This document shows, one piece after another, positions 16,775-27,000 of a DNA stretch of 64,000 nucleotides. Below the pieces are notes generated by a model. It made no database searches. It saw nothing but the letters and a program-made list of their open reading frames with translations, and was not told where the DNA came from. Location: positions 28,287 to 92,286 of IMG/VR virus record IMGVR_UViG_2929541355_000001; one strand, given 5' to 3'. Source of the DNA: a virus (Duplodnaviria; Caudoviricetes). Each line of letters starts with the position of its first letter. Within the stretch, counting starts at the first letter, position 1. The position numbers and the translations under genes are program-made.

Positions 16775-17521
16775 GTGAACGACTTCCAGCCCATGCGCAC
16801 GAGCGAGGAAGCCACCGCCGACCGGCCGTGGCTCGCCTCCCTCGTCGGCGTCCACGACGCCAACACCATCACCCTGGACCTGACGAAGTTCGTCGCCAGC
16901 GTCCACTACGAGGCCGGTACCGCCTTCCAGCCGCGGAACGTCATCAAGTCGGGCCTCCCGCTCGGCAAGGTCACCGCGACGGGCCTCTACGCTCCCTACG
17001 CGGGGCCGACGTCCGAGGTTCAAACCGTCACCGTCACCGGCACCCCGACCGGCGGCACCTACACGCTGACGTTCTCCGGACAGACCACTGCTGCGATCCC
17101 GTACAACGCGACCGCAGCGCAGGTGAAGACCGCACTGGAGAACCTGTCGAACATCGCGGCCGGAGAGATCACTGTCACCGGCGGCCCTCACCCGGGTTCC
17201 GCCATGGCCGTCACGTTCAGCGGCCAGTTCATGGGCGACGACGTCGCCGCCATGACCGCGTCCGGCGCCAGCCTCACCGGCGGATCCACTCCTGGCGTCA
17301 CCATCGGCACCTCCATCGCCGGCGGCGCAGCCTCCGCCAGCGACGGCACCCAGATCTTCGCCGGGTTCCTCGCCACCGAGTCCCTGTTCGCGCCGGGATC
17401 CACCAAGACCAGCGGTGCGCTGCTGTGGTTCGGCGAGGTCTTCGCGGCCAAGTGCCCGATCCCCTTCGACCCGACCGACGTCGCCAGCGTCGCCCCCGGC
17501 GTCAACATCCACTACCGGTAA
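16775..17521 (+). CDS. Head decoration protein with inserted beta-rich domain
   Basis: IKSGLPLGKVTATGLYAPY ... DGTQIFAGFL core split by EVQTVTVTGTPTGGTYTLTF insert. Confidence 0.75.
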   Translation: MNDFQPMRTSEEATADRPWLASLVGVHDANTITLDLTKFVASVHYEAGTAFQPRNVIKSGLPLGKVTATGLYAPYAGPTSEVQTVTVTGTPTGGTYTLTFSGQTTAAIPYNATAAQVKTALENLSNIAAGEITVTGGPHPGSAMAVTFSGQFMGDDVAAMTASGASLTGGSTPGVTIGTSIAGGAASASDGTQIFAGFLATESLFAPGSTKTSGALLWFGEVFAAKCPIPFDPTDVASVAPGVNIHYR

Positions 17522-17536
17522 GCAAGGAGACCGACC

Positions 17537-18592
17537 ATGAGCACCACTCTCGACCGTCTCCTGCGGAACGTCACGCCGGAAGACCTCAACGTCTACATCA
17601 ACGGGCTCCCCGTCCCGAACACGTTCGCGCTCACACAGAGCGTGATCCCGGAGCGGAAGATCTTCGGGCCGAAGTTCCGCATCACGTCTCAGCAGCGCCG
17701 CGTCAACGCAGCGAAGTTCCGGGCGTACAACACCCCGCACGCCCTCGCCAAGCGGCAGGCCGAGCGAGTCGTCAACGAGGGAATGCTTCCCTCCGTCGGC
17801 CAGACCCTGGACATGGACGAACTGTCCCTGATCCTGTACCAGGCCAAGCGTGGCGCCGACGACCAGGAATTCATCCAGGCCCTGTACGACGACCTGGAAC
17901 GGCACTTCACCTCCATCAAGATCGCCATGGAGATCGCAGCCGGAGAACTCCTCACCACCGGCGTCGTCGACCTCCCCGGCCTCGGCCTGGACGTCGACTG
18001 GAACGTCCCCGACGCCAACAAGCCCGTCGCGGCCACCCCGTGGGACCAGGACGGAGCCACCCCCCTCACCGACGAGATGGCGTGGATCCGCTACCTCAAG
18101 AGCGTCGGCGCCCCGAAGCCGGCCCGCGTCATCACCTCCGAGCGTGCCGTCTCCGTGCTGGCCTCCAACCTGGAGTACCGCACCGCGTTCTGGAACTCCT
18201 CCAGCCCCAGCACCACGCCTTCGACGACCCTGTCGCCGCCGGACGTCAACGCAGTCCGTGCCCGCTGGAACCTGCCCCCGGTCGAGATCTACGACGAGCA
18301 GGTCTGGTCCGACGACCAGTACGTCCGCACCACCCCCGAGTCGCTGTGGGCCATGGTCCCTCCGAACCCGGACCAGTGGGCGCAGACCCAGTACGGCATC
18401 ACGGCCGAGCAGGACAATCTTGATGAGGGCGAGAACCCCGGCATCGAGGCCGCGCGGGAGCCGGGCATCTACGTCTCCTTCGAGAAGAACCAGAACCCGG
18501 TCTCCCTCTCCACCACGGCCAACGCGATCGCGATGCCGGTCCTGTACGTCAACAACTTCCACATCAGCGCCACGGTGCTGTCGGAGGACTGA
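17537..18592 (+). CDS. Major capsid protein (lambda gpE-like)
   Basis: 351 aa after decoration protein; AKFRAYN, EIAAGELLTTG, MPVL tail. Confidence 0.85.
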   Translation: MSTTLDRLLRNVTPEDLNVYINGLPVPNTFALTQSVIPERKIFGPKFRITSQQRRVNAAKFRAYNTPHALAKRQAERVVNEGMLPSVGQTLDMDELSLILYQAKRGADDQEFIQALYDDLERHFTSIKIAMEIAAGELLTTGVVDLPGLGLDVDWNVPDANKPVAATPWDQDGATPLTDEMAWIRYLKSVGAPKPARVITSERAVSVLASNLEYRTAFWNSSSPSTTPSTTLSPPDVNAVRARWNLPPVEIYDEQVWSDDQYVRTTPESLWAMVPPNPDQWAQTQYGITAEQDNLDEGENPGIEAAREPGIYVSFEKNQNPVSLSTTANAIAMPVLYVNNFHISATVLSED

Positions 18593-18595
18593 CTC

Positions 18596-18982
18596 ATGGC
18601 CAAGCTCGCACGGGCTGTGTTCGTGAGGGACCCGGACAAGCACCAGGACATCCTCCTGCGCGCGGGGGAGACGCCAGCACCGCAGTACGCGGCCCTGGTG
18701 AAGAACCCGGCGTGCTGGGAGGGCGGCAAGCTGCCCGCGGCCGCCAAGAAGCACCTCGCCGGCAGCGACGAGGGTGACAGCCAGGGACTGGGCGACAGCG
18801 CAGCCGCCCAGGACGACGCCAGTGGCGGCGCCCAGGGCGGAGACGCTGACACCCAGTCCGACGAGAAGACGCCCACCGCGGGCGACGACTCCGACGACAC
18901 CAAGCCGGCCGCCCGTAAGACGGCGGCCAAGAAGCCGGCCCGGGGCCGGACGGCCGCCGCTGAGGGCACCGGCGGCCAGTAA
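18596..18982 (+). CDS. Phage structural-region hypothetical protein
   Basis: Follows MCP; acidic then Lys/Ala-rich tail. Confidence 0.7.
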   Translation: MAKLARAVFVRDPDKHQDILLRAGETPAPQYAALVKNPACWEGGKLPAAAKKHLAGSDEGDSQGLGDSAAAQDDASGGAQGGDADTQSDEKTPTAGDDSDDTKPAARKTAAKKPARGRTAAAEGTGGQ

Positions 18983-19075
18983 GCGGTGTGTGGGCCCGGC
19001 ACCCCTGGTGGGGCGCCAGAGCCGGGCCCACACCTGCACCCTTCCTTCCCGCCCCACACCTGACCGGAGGACCTG

Positions 19076-19411
19076 GTGGACGCAGCCGTACAGGCCTGGC
19101 TGATCTCCCAGCTCGGCACCGACACCGACCTCACTGACCTCGAGCTGCGCTATACCAGGCTCCGCACAGCACGGGCCGTGGCCATAGAGGTCGTCCGCGA
19201 ACGCCTCGCCGGACTGCTGGCCTCACCCGGCAGCGTCTCCGTGTCCGGCGTCGTCTCCGTGAACTTCTCCGCGAACATTGCCGCGTACGAACGGCAACTC
19301 ACCATCCTTGAGTCCGGGGAGCCATCCGCACCGGACGATCCCACCGTTCCGGACGATGAGAGCAGCGACGGGCTTGGCCTGGTGTACCTAGTGGAACGGC
19401 CCCGCCGATGA
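19076..19411 (+). CDS. Putative head-tail adaptor
   Basis: GGAGG RBS; synteny. Confidence 0.55.
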   Translation: MDAAVQAWLISQLGTDTDLTDLELRYTRLRTARAVAIEVVRERLAGLLASPGSVSVSGVVSVNFSANIAAYERQLTILESGEPSAPDDPTVPDDESSDGLGLVYLVERPRR

Positions 19412-20241
19412 CCACCCCAACGAGGCGCCGCACCCTCCGAGCTCGTCTCCTCAACTTCATTCGGGATGCCACCGGCCGACTTACTGCCGCCTGGCGCATC
19501 CTGACCACCGCACAGAACTGGCTCCTGGACACGCTTGCCGCCATCCGGCCCGGCCGCAGCGCCTCGGCCTGCATCCGCGCCGCTCAAGCCGTGTTCCAAC
19601 GCAGCCTTGCCGACTTCAACCGGGCCGTCGGAGCGTTCACCGAGCGCTGGGCCGCCACCGACCTCCCCCTCGCCTACCGCGAAGGCGCCTTCGGCATGCT
19701 CGACCGAGCCGACCGGCCCCGCCGCAGTTGGTCGTGGACTGCCCGCCACCAGGCATCCATCACCACCCTGTCGTCGCAGTACTACTCCGACCTCATGGGC
19801 CGCCTCCAGGAGGCTGTGCGCCGCGCCCAGGCATTCCTGCGCGCCGCCGTCGAGGCCGCCCGCCTGCGTGCCAGCCGGTTCGAGTACGGCTCGTTCAACC
19901 GCGAGGCCCTGCGCAACGAGCACCCCCTGGACACAGTCATCTACGCCAACAATGCTCGGCACCCCGTCGAAGCGTGGGCAGGGGCCGCCATCGCATGGCA
20001 GGCCGTGACTACCGCGAACGCCGGAGCCGTTGCTACCGCGTACGAACAGCTCGCCTGCACCCAGGTCAAGGTCCGTGACGGCGCCGACTGCGGCTGGATC
20101 AGCCACAAAGACCCTGACCGGGCCGACGGCACCATCCGCGACATCGACGACGCCCTCGCCCACCCCACAGCCCACGCCCACTGCATTCGGGAGTTCCTCC
20201 CGCACTTCGACCGCCCCGAGCCGCTGGGAGCCTTCGCATGA
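19408..20241 (+). CDS. MuF-like minor head morphogenesis protein
   Basis: C-terminal DCG..SH..P...ADG...HPTAHAHCIR. Confidence 0.6.
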   Translation: MTTPTRRRTLRARLLNFIRDATGRLTAAWRILTTAQNWLLDTLAAIRPGRSASACIRAAQAVFQRSLADFNRAVGAFTERWAATDLPLAYREGAFGMLDRADRPRRSWSWTARHQASITTLSSQYYSDLMGRLQEAVRRAQAFLRAAVEAARLRASRFEYGSFNREALRNEHPLDTVIYANNARHPVEAWAGAAIAWQAVTTANAGAVATAYEQLACTQVKVRDGADCGWISHKDPDRADGTIRDIDDALAHPTAHAHCIREFLPHFDRPEPLGAFA

Positions 20242-20729
20242 CAAAGCAGAAGATTGGGTCACAGCTCGATCAGCTGGGCCTGACGGTCGACATGGAGAAC
20301 GGCGACCGCGTTGCCGAAGCGGTCGTGACCGTTACTACGTACCAGGGCGAAGGCATGCTGATGCATCACACACCCATTCGCGTACCCACCCCAGAGCCCA
20401 GGCCGGTGCCCTACCCAGTGGAGCGGCGCGTCACCACGGTGGTCGATGCTGACCAGGTGCTCAGCGAAACCCAGCAGCAGCGCCTTCGCGTCTGGCTGGA
20501 GGCGAACGGCATCGACCCGAAGTTCGTGTCCACCGGAGGGTCGATCACCGTGCACTCGCGCGCAGTGGACGGCAGCGAGGGCGCCTACAGGATTCGGTAC
20601 ACGGAGTACTGCCGGGACGAGAAAGGGCACAAGTTCATGGACCCAGGCGCCGGCGAGGCGGCGACAGTCGAACGTTGTGTCCTGCAGAGCGTGCCTCTCG
20701 ACGAGGATCCGGAGGTGCCACTGCAATGA
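20238..20729 (+). CDS. Hypothetical protein
   Basis: ATGA coupling; WLEANGIDP motif. Confidence 0.7.
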   Translation: MTKQKIGSQLDQLGLTVDMENGDRVAEAVVTVTTYQGEGMLMHHTPIRVPTPEPRPVPYPVERRVTTVVDADQVLSETQQQRLRVWLEANGIDPKFVSTGGSITVHSRAVDGSEGAYRIRYTEYCRDEKGHKFMDPGAGEAATVERCVLQSVPLDEDPEVPLQ

Positions 20730-21106
20730 ACGTCCCGAGCATGGCCGACCAGCCCCACCAGGTCCGCCTCACGTCCAACGGCCTCACCGGCACGGTGGAG
20801 GTCGACGGCTCCGACATCAGCGCCCAGGTGCAGGGCTACAACCTCGAAGCCCGGGTCGGCGCCGCGCCGCTCCTCGTGCTGTACACCCGCCCAGGTGAAG
20901 GCGGTGTCACCTTCGAGGGCCTCGCCCACGTCGCCATCGGCGCCGAGCAGGACGCCGGGCCGTCCATCGCCGCGTTCCTCGGCAGCATCGACCCCAACAC
21001 CCTCCAGCAGGCCGCCCTGAACCGGGACGACCTGGAGAACAGTAAAACCGGGGTCACCGCGGCGATCCTGGCGCAGCTCGCCGAGTGGGCGCAGGGGAGC
21101 AGCTGA
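20726..21106 (+). CDS. Hypothetical protein
   Basis: ATGA coupling; high GC3. Confidence 0.7.
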   Translation: MNVPSMADQPHQVRLTSNGLTGTVEVDGSDISAQVQGYNLEARVGAAPLLVLYTRPGEGGVTFEGLAHVAIGAEQDAGPSIAAFLGSIDPNTLQQAALNRDDLENSKTGVTAAILAQLAEWAQGSS

Positions 21107-21561
21107 TGGCCGGCCTTGATGCAGCGCTCGCCGGCGTCACACGGTGGATCGGAACCAACCTTCTGATCGACACTGTGCGCATCGTGCTGCCGGGGGCCAC
21201 CGAACCCGTCCTGAACACAGAGACGGGTCAGCTCGAGTACCCGCAGAGCGACGTGCTGTATGAGGGGCCGGGTGCAATCGTCCCCGGTTCCGCGACCATG
21301 GAACGCTCCGCTGTTCCTGACGCCACGCAGCCGTGGGCCCAGCAGACCCGATCCTCGTACGTTCTCCTCACGCCTCTTGAAGCGCCGATCCCGCCGGAGA
21401 ACGCCATCGCTTCCGCAGTCCAGGTCCATGACCCGCAGCGCACATCCCTGCTGGGCCGGACGTGGATCTGTGCCGACCCGGGCCAGGCTGGCACCGTCGA
21501 AGTGGTGCGCCGCACCGCCCTGGGCCAGAACCGGGCCCCGCAGTCGGGAGGGACCCCATGA
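21106..21561 (+). CDS. DUF6093-like head-to-tail stopper
   Basis: DTVRI...PVLN.ETG...VLYEGP pattern; synteny. Confidence 0.65.
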   Translation: MAGLDAALAGVTRWIGTNLLIDTVRIVLPGATEPVLNTETGQLEYPQSDVLYEGPGAIVPGSATMERSAVPDATQPWAQQTRSSYVLLTPLEAPIPPENAIASAVQVHDPQRTSLLGRTWICADPGQAGTVEVVRRTALGQNRAPQSGGTP

Positions 21562-21947
21562 CACCGGACGAGCTCGCCGACCGGCTGGAGAACGCCGCTG
21601 ATCAACTCGGCGACGCCATTGCCCGTCGGGTTGTGCACACCGCCGAACTCGGCCGGGGCATGATCAGGGCCAACGCCAGCGGCCGGCCGGGGCCGAACGT
21701 CATCACCGGGCGATACCGGTCGTCCTGGGAGATCACCGCCACCAGAATCCCGTACGGGGCGCAGTGCACCATCGGCACGAACGCACCGCAGGGCCGCCGC
21801 CTCGAGTTTGGGTTCTTCGACATGACCGACAGCATCGGCCGGCACTTCTACCAGCCACCATTCCCGCACGTCGGGCCTGCCGTCCCGCGCATGACTGCAA
21901 CGCTGCGGGACCAGATGGCCGGTGCCGTGCAGGAGGTGCTGTCTTGA
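21558..21947 (+). CDS. HK97 gp10-like tail component
   Basis: TGRYRSSW...GTNAPQGRRLEFG...PFPH. Confidence 0.8.
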   Translation: MTPDELADRLENAADQLGDAIARRVVHTAELGRGMIRANASGRPGPNVITGRYRSSWEITATRIPYGAQCTIGTNAPQGRRLEFGFFDMTDSIGRHFYQPPFPHVGPAVPRMTATLRDQMAGAVQEVLS

Positions 21948-22390
21948 TCGCACGCCTGCCCGTAACGATGGCTCTGTCCGCGCTCCTCGCCTCCGCGACG
22001 GGGTTTCCGGTCGGCCGCGGCCGCAAGCCGCTCGCCGACCCGCCGTACTACCTCCTGCACTCCGTCACCGCGGTGTACAGCGGCGCCCCGTTCAGCGACC
22101 TCCACGAGGACACGGCGCTCATCTACCAGGTGACCCCGGTGTCCGGCCCGGACCCGGACGTCCCTGACTCGCACGGAGTCGCCGACCAGGCCGAGCTGAT
22201 GGCCGACCTCGCCCGCAAAGCCGTCCTCGGCCGCGACCCGGTGACCGGACTGTGGCTTCACGCCCTCGCCATCCCCGACGCGAACGTCATCGGACGCAGC
22301 CCAGACGCCGAACCGGGGGGATCATCCGACCCCACCGATGCCATCATGAGTTACGTGCAGAGGTTCAGGCTCGACCTGACCGCAACCTGA
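21944..22390 (+). CDS. Tail terminator/completion protein
   Basis: PPYYLL...YQVTPV...QAE; position before major tail gene. Confidence 0.65.
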   Translation: MIARLPVTMALSALLASATGFPVGRGRKPLADPPYYLLHSVTAVYSGAPFSDLHEDTALIYQVTPVSGPDPDVPDSHGVADQAELMADLARKAVLGRDPVTGLWLHALAIPDANVIGRSPDAEPGGSSDPTDAIMSYVQRFRLDLTAT

Positions 22391-22523
22391 CCCCGGTCAG
22401 GCCTTCACCGCACCGCGGCGGGACCCCACGCGGACGCCACCACGCAGGTGGCCGCACCCACACACCACGTGTAAGGGGCCGGGTCCGCACCGCCGGATCG
22501 CCCCGGGACAAGGGGCCCATCCC

Positions 22524-23006
22524 ATGCCGGTCAAGAAGTACATGCGCCGCGGCACCTCGAAGTTCCACTTCCTCGAGACGATCGCCGCCGAAACCATGCT
22601 CCCCACCCGTACCGAGATCACCGCCGGTACCGAGTTCTCCGAGAAGATCGCCGCGATGGACGGCTGGACGGTCACGAACAACGAGATCGAAACGCCCGAC
22701 ATGGCGGACACCTACGACTCGACGATCCCCGGATCCGACAAGGCCGAGACGTCCACGTTCACGTTCTACGAGGACGAGGTCGACGCCGACGTCGAGGAGA
22801 TGCTCGCCAAGGGCACCGTCGGATACGTCGTCATCTTCCGTAAGGGCGACGTCCCCGCGAACCAGTCCATGGACATCTTCCCGATCCGAGTCGCCTCCCA
22901 GTCCCCGCAGTACACCGCGGACAACGAGGCCGCGAAGTTCGTCGTGACGTGCTCCATCACCTCCCGGCCGGTCCAGGGCGCCGCAGTACCCGCAACGACC
23001 CCGTGA
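22524..23006 (+). CDS. Major tail tube protein
   Basis: PTRTEITAG...TPDMA..YDSTIPG; precedes chaperone and TMP. Confidence 0.85.
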   Translation: MPVKKYMRRGTSKFHFLETIAAETMLPTRTEITAGTEFSEKIAAMDGWTVTNNEIETPDMADTYDSTIPGSDKAETSTFTFYEDEVDADVEEMLAKGTVGYVVIFRKGDVPANQSMDIFPIRVASQSPQYTADNEAAKFVVTCSITSRPVQGAAVPATTP

Positions 23007-23107
23007 CCTGACCCCTCTCAGCTCCCGGCCGGGCCCGAGCAGTGTTCGGGAAGGGGCGCCGCACGGCGCCCGGCCGGGCCCCCTTCCCCTGACGGAGGAC
23101 CCACCTC

Positions 23108-23668
23108 ATGACCACGGCAAAGAAGACCACCGCCCCCATTCCGCCGCCCGCCGCTGTAGCAACGGACGCCCACTGGGCAGCCACCCGCGAACGGCTCCGC
23201 AACCGGGCCCGGCCCATCGCCCGCCTCACGATCTGCGACGACCACACAGCCAAGCAGGCTCTTGCCGAGGCCCAGTTCGACGTACAGCGGGCCCAGGACT
23301 CCGCCGACAGGGCCCCGGACGACGAAGCCGCCCAGACCAATCTGCGCGACGCCACGACAGCCCTCGTCCGCGCGAAGGAAGCATTCGACAAGGCGTCAAT
23401 CCCGTTGCGGTTCCAAGCCCTGGACCGACGCACCTACAAGGAGCTCCTCGCCGCGCACCCGCCCACCGAAGACCAGGCCGAGGACGGCTACTCCTTCAAC
23501 CTCGACACCCTCGGCCCCGTCCTCATCGCCGCGTCGTCCCTGGACGGGATGACAGAAGAAGACGCGGCCGACTTCCTCGACACCTGGGCACCGGCCGAAG
23601 CCGAGGCGCTCCTGAACACCGTATTCGGGGTGCAGCAGGAAGACCGCATGGACCTGGGAAAAGGCTGA
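23108..23668 (+). CDS. Tail assembly chaperone (gpG-like)
   Basis: Ends DLGKG with slippery GGGAAAA. Confidence 0.85.
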   Translation: MTTAKKTTAPIPPPAAVATDAHWAATRERLRNRARPIARLTICDDHTAKQALAEAQFDVQRAQDSADRAPDDEAAQTNLRDATTALVRAKEAFDKASIPLRFQALDRRTYKELLAAHPPTEDQAEDGYSFNLDTLGPVLIAASSLDGMTEEDAADFLDTWAPAEAEALLNTVFGVQQEDRMDLGKG

Positions 23669-24030
23669 TCACGGATGACGTCCTGCGCGCAGAACTCCAG
23701 CTCTGCCACCACCACGGCATCCCCCACAGTCAGCTCAAAGGCGCCGGGAACGGAACCTGGACGCCGAAGGACCGGATCAAGGCCCTCACCTACCAGGCAT
23801 ACGAGCAAACGGTGTGCCCCCAGTGCGGGACCCGCGAGTCCGAATGGGACCCCGAGTACGGCGGAGACCCCTACGCCTACGTCGCCAGCGCCCGTAAGTG
23901 CTTCGGGTGCGAGGAGATCCAGCGAGAGCAGCAACGGATCCCTGACGGGGTCGCTGGTGCCGGAATGAAAGTGGTGCTCCTGCCGGCCTCCGTGGCCGCG
24001 GCGATCGAAGTGCAGCAAAACCTGACCTGA
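23656..24030 (+). CDS. gpT-like extension of tail chaperone via -1 frameshift
   Basis: -1 frame open from GGGAAAA (23656-23662): RLITDDVLRAELQLCHHHGIPHS...CPQCG...CFGC. Confidence 0.85.
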   Translation, partial: GKRLITDDVLRAELQLCHHHGIPHSQLKGAGNGTWTPKDRIKALTYQAYEQTVCPQCGTRESEWDPEYGGDPYAYVASARKCFGCEEIQREQQRIPDGVAGAGMKVVLLPASVAAAIEVQQNLT

Positions 24031-24083
24031 CCCCGGGCGCCTGGCCCGGGTGGTGATTGAGCGACGAGGAGGGGTGCGAGCCA

Positions 24084-27000
24084 GTGGCCCAGTGGAACCT
24101 GAGCGTTGATCTGCGCGGTAGCGGCAACAACCTCGCCCGCACCCTGCAGACCAATGCCCGTCACGCCCGCACCCTCGCCGACGCAGCCCGCGACGCCCAG
24201 GGCGAAATCCGTGGCCTCGGCGCAGCATCCCGCACGGCGCAGGGCCACATCACAGGTGTGGGTCGCGCGTCCGACCAGGCCCGGACCCGCCTTCTGGGAA
24301 TGGCCAGGCAGGCCCGGTCCGCAGCCGGAGAGTTCAGAGACCTGGCCCGCGCCGCCGAACTCGCTGAGCGGCGCCTGCGCGGCGCGATGCGCGACATCCG
24401 CATTACCGCACGCCTCGATGACGACACCGCCCCTGGCCGCGCCGCACTCCGTGCGTCCATCGACGACATCCAGCGCCTTAGCCCCGTCCGAATCCGGGTC
24501 CGATTCGACGGCGACTCCACACAGATCGCGGCAGCTGCGGCCGCCATGCGAGATCTCCACACTCACGCTGACCGAACCGACACCGCCCTGACCCGGCTCG
24601 CTACCCGCAGTACCGCTGCCACCCTTGCCCTGCGCGCCACGAATGACGCCGCGGGCAACCTTGCTCGTACCCTGCGCACGCTTCGCCGCCGCGCCACAGA
24701 CGCGGCCGGCGCACTCGATGAGCTTTCCAGCCGCGCCCTGCTCGCGGTCGGCGGACTGCGCGCCCTGAACGCCACCGCCAGCACTACCGACAGCCATCTC
24801 ACCTCCTTGTCCGACCGGACCCGCACCCTGCGCACCGACCTCGACGACCTCGACAGCTCCCTGCGTCAGGTCGGTAGCCGCATGGGCGACCTCCGCGGGT
24901 CTGCCACCACGCTCGGGTCGTCCACCAACTCTGCGGCCGAGGGCACCAACAACCTGATGCTTGGCGCCGTCGCCCTGGCGACTGCCCTGATCCCCGTCGC
25001 CGCATCCGTCGTACCCATCGCGGCCGGCCTGACCGCAGCTGGTGTCGCCATCGGCGCGTTCGGCGGGGCAGTCGCAGGGCAGATCGTCGCTCTGACGGAG
25101 TCGGCGGAGGCCGAGGAGAAGTACCAGAAGGCGGTCCGTGAGCACGGCACCGCATCTTCCGAGGCGGCCACGGCGGAGAAGGAATATCTGAGGACCGTTC
25201 ACGAGATGCCCGCAGCCACCCGCGAGGCCGCCGCCGGGCTGTCCGTCCTGAAGGACGACTACAAGGACTGGTCGGACGCCCTCTCCGGCGACACGATGCC
25301 CGTCGTCACCAAGTCGATGAGCCTGTTCGGGTCGATCCTGCCCCGCCTGACACCTCTGGTGCGTGGCACATCGAAGGAGCTGGACCGGCTCCTGAACGTC
25401 GCCATGGGCGGCATGCGCACCCCCGGTTTCGACCGGTTCGTCACCGCGTTCACCCGTTTCGCGACCGACTCCCTGAACCGCGGCACCACCGGAATCATCA
25501 AGTTCACCCAGGCCCTGGACACCGGGAACATCGGCGACAATCTGCGAGAGTTCCTCGACTACGCCCGCACCAACGGGCCCCTCGTCGCGGACACCCTCGG
25601 CAACCTCGCCCAGGCCGCCATGCATCTCCTCGTCGCCGCATCCGACATGGGCGTCAGCGTTCTGACCGCTGTCAACGCCCTTGCGAAACTCGTCAACGCG
25701 GTCCCCGCTCCCGCCCTGTCCGCGTTCCTGCAGCTGTACGCGGTCCTCAAGCTCGTGTCCCTCGGCGTCGCCATGGTCGGCGCCGCCTCCGGAGGGGCGG
25801 CGGCCGCGAACCTGGCCGCGTTCGTCCGCTCCGCCCGCTTCGGCGGTGTCGGCCCCGCCATCACCGGCGTCGTGCAGCGCATGTCCGCCCTACAGAAAGC
25901 GGCTGTCGGACTCGGTGTCCTCGGCCTCGTCGCGATCGGCATCGACAAGCTCGCAGACAAGGCGCGCGGAGCCCCGCCGGACGTCGACCGGCTGACCACA
26001 TCCCTGAAACAGCTCGCCGTCACCGGCCGGATGACCGGAGAGCTCAAGGACACCTTCGGCGGATTTGACGGCCTCATCGAGTCGATGAAGAAGTACCAGG
26101 CCGAGGTCGGGAAGGCAGAAAAGGCCTCCGAAGGGGCGTTCGGGTTCCGCATCCCCGGTGTCAGTGACCTGTCCGACTGGTTCGGCGACAAGGCCAACGA
26201 CCTGTCCCAGGGGGAGGAATCCCTCAACGCACTGAAGGACGACTTCAAGGGTGTCGACGAGGCACTCGCCCAGATGGCGTCGTCCGGGAACACGAAGGAA
26301 GCCGCGACCGGCTTCGACCTCCTCAGCAAAGCGGGAAAGAAGGCCGGCTGGTCTACGAAGGAACTCAGCGACCTTTTCCCCGAGTACAAGAACGCCCTCG
26401 CCGACCTGAAAGCCGAGCAGCAACTGGCCGCCGCCGGCTTGGGCCTGTTCGGCGAGCAGGCTCAGGCGACCAAGGCGAAACTGGACGCACAGAAGCAGTC
26501 GACGGATGGGCTGCGGCAGTCGGTCGTCGCCCTGAACGACGTCAACCGTGCCGCCCTCGGCGGAATGATCGGGTTCGAGGCGGGCATCGACGCCGCGGAG
26601 AAGGCGGCGAAGAAGAACGCCGGGTCGCTGCGCATGGTCAACGGCGAGCTGGACCTGAACTCCCCGAAGGCCCAGGCTGCCGCTACCGCCCTCGCAGACC
26701 TCGGGTCGAAGACCGATGCGGCAACGACCGCAGCCCGCGAGTCCGGGAAGTCCTGGGAGTACGTCAACGGGATCTACACGCGCGGCGAAAAGGCCATCAT
26801 CAAGAACGCCATGGCGATGGGCCTGAGCAAGGCCGAAGCCAAGGCATTCGCCGCGACGGTCCTAACGATCCCCGACAAGAAGTCCACCCTGCTGGAGATG
26901 CGCACCGAGGACGCCATCGTCGGCCTCGACGCCGTCATCGCGAAGATCAAAGCAACGCCTGGCGCCAAGTCCGTCACCGTGAAGGCCCTCACCACCGATG

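Noticed and set aside
16022-19057. 1011-aa minus-strand ORF and many other long antisense ORFs
   Set aside because: Shadow frames of high-GC genes; low-complexity Arg/Gly/Pro translations opposite recognisable genes
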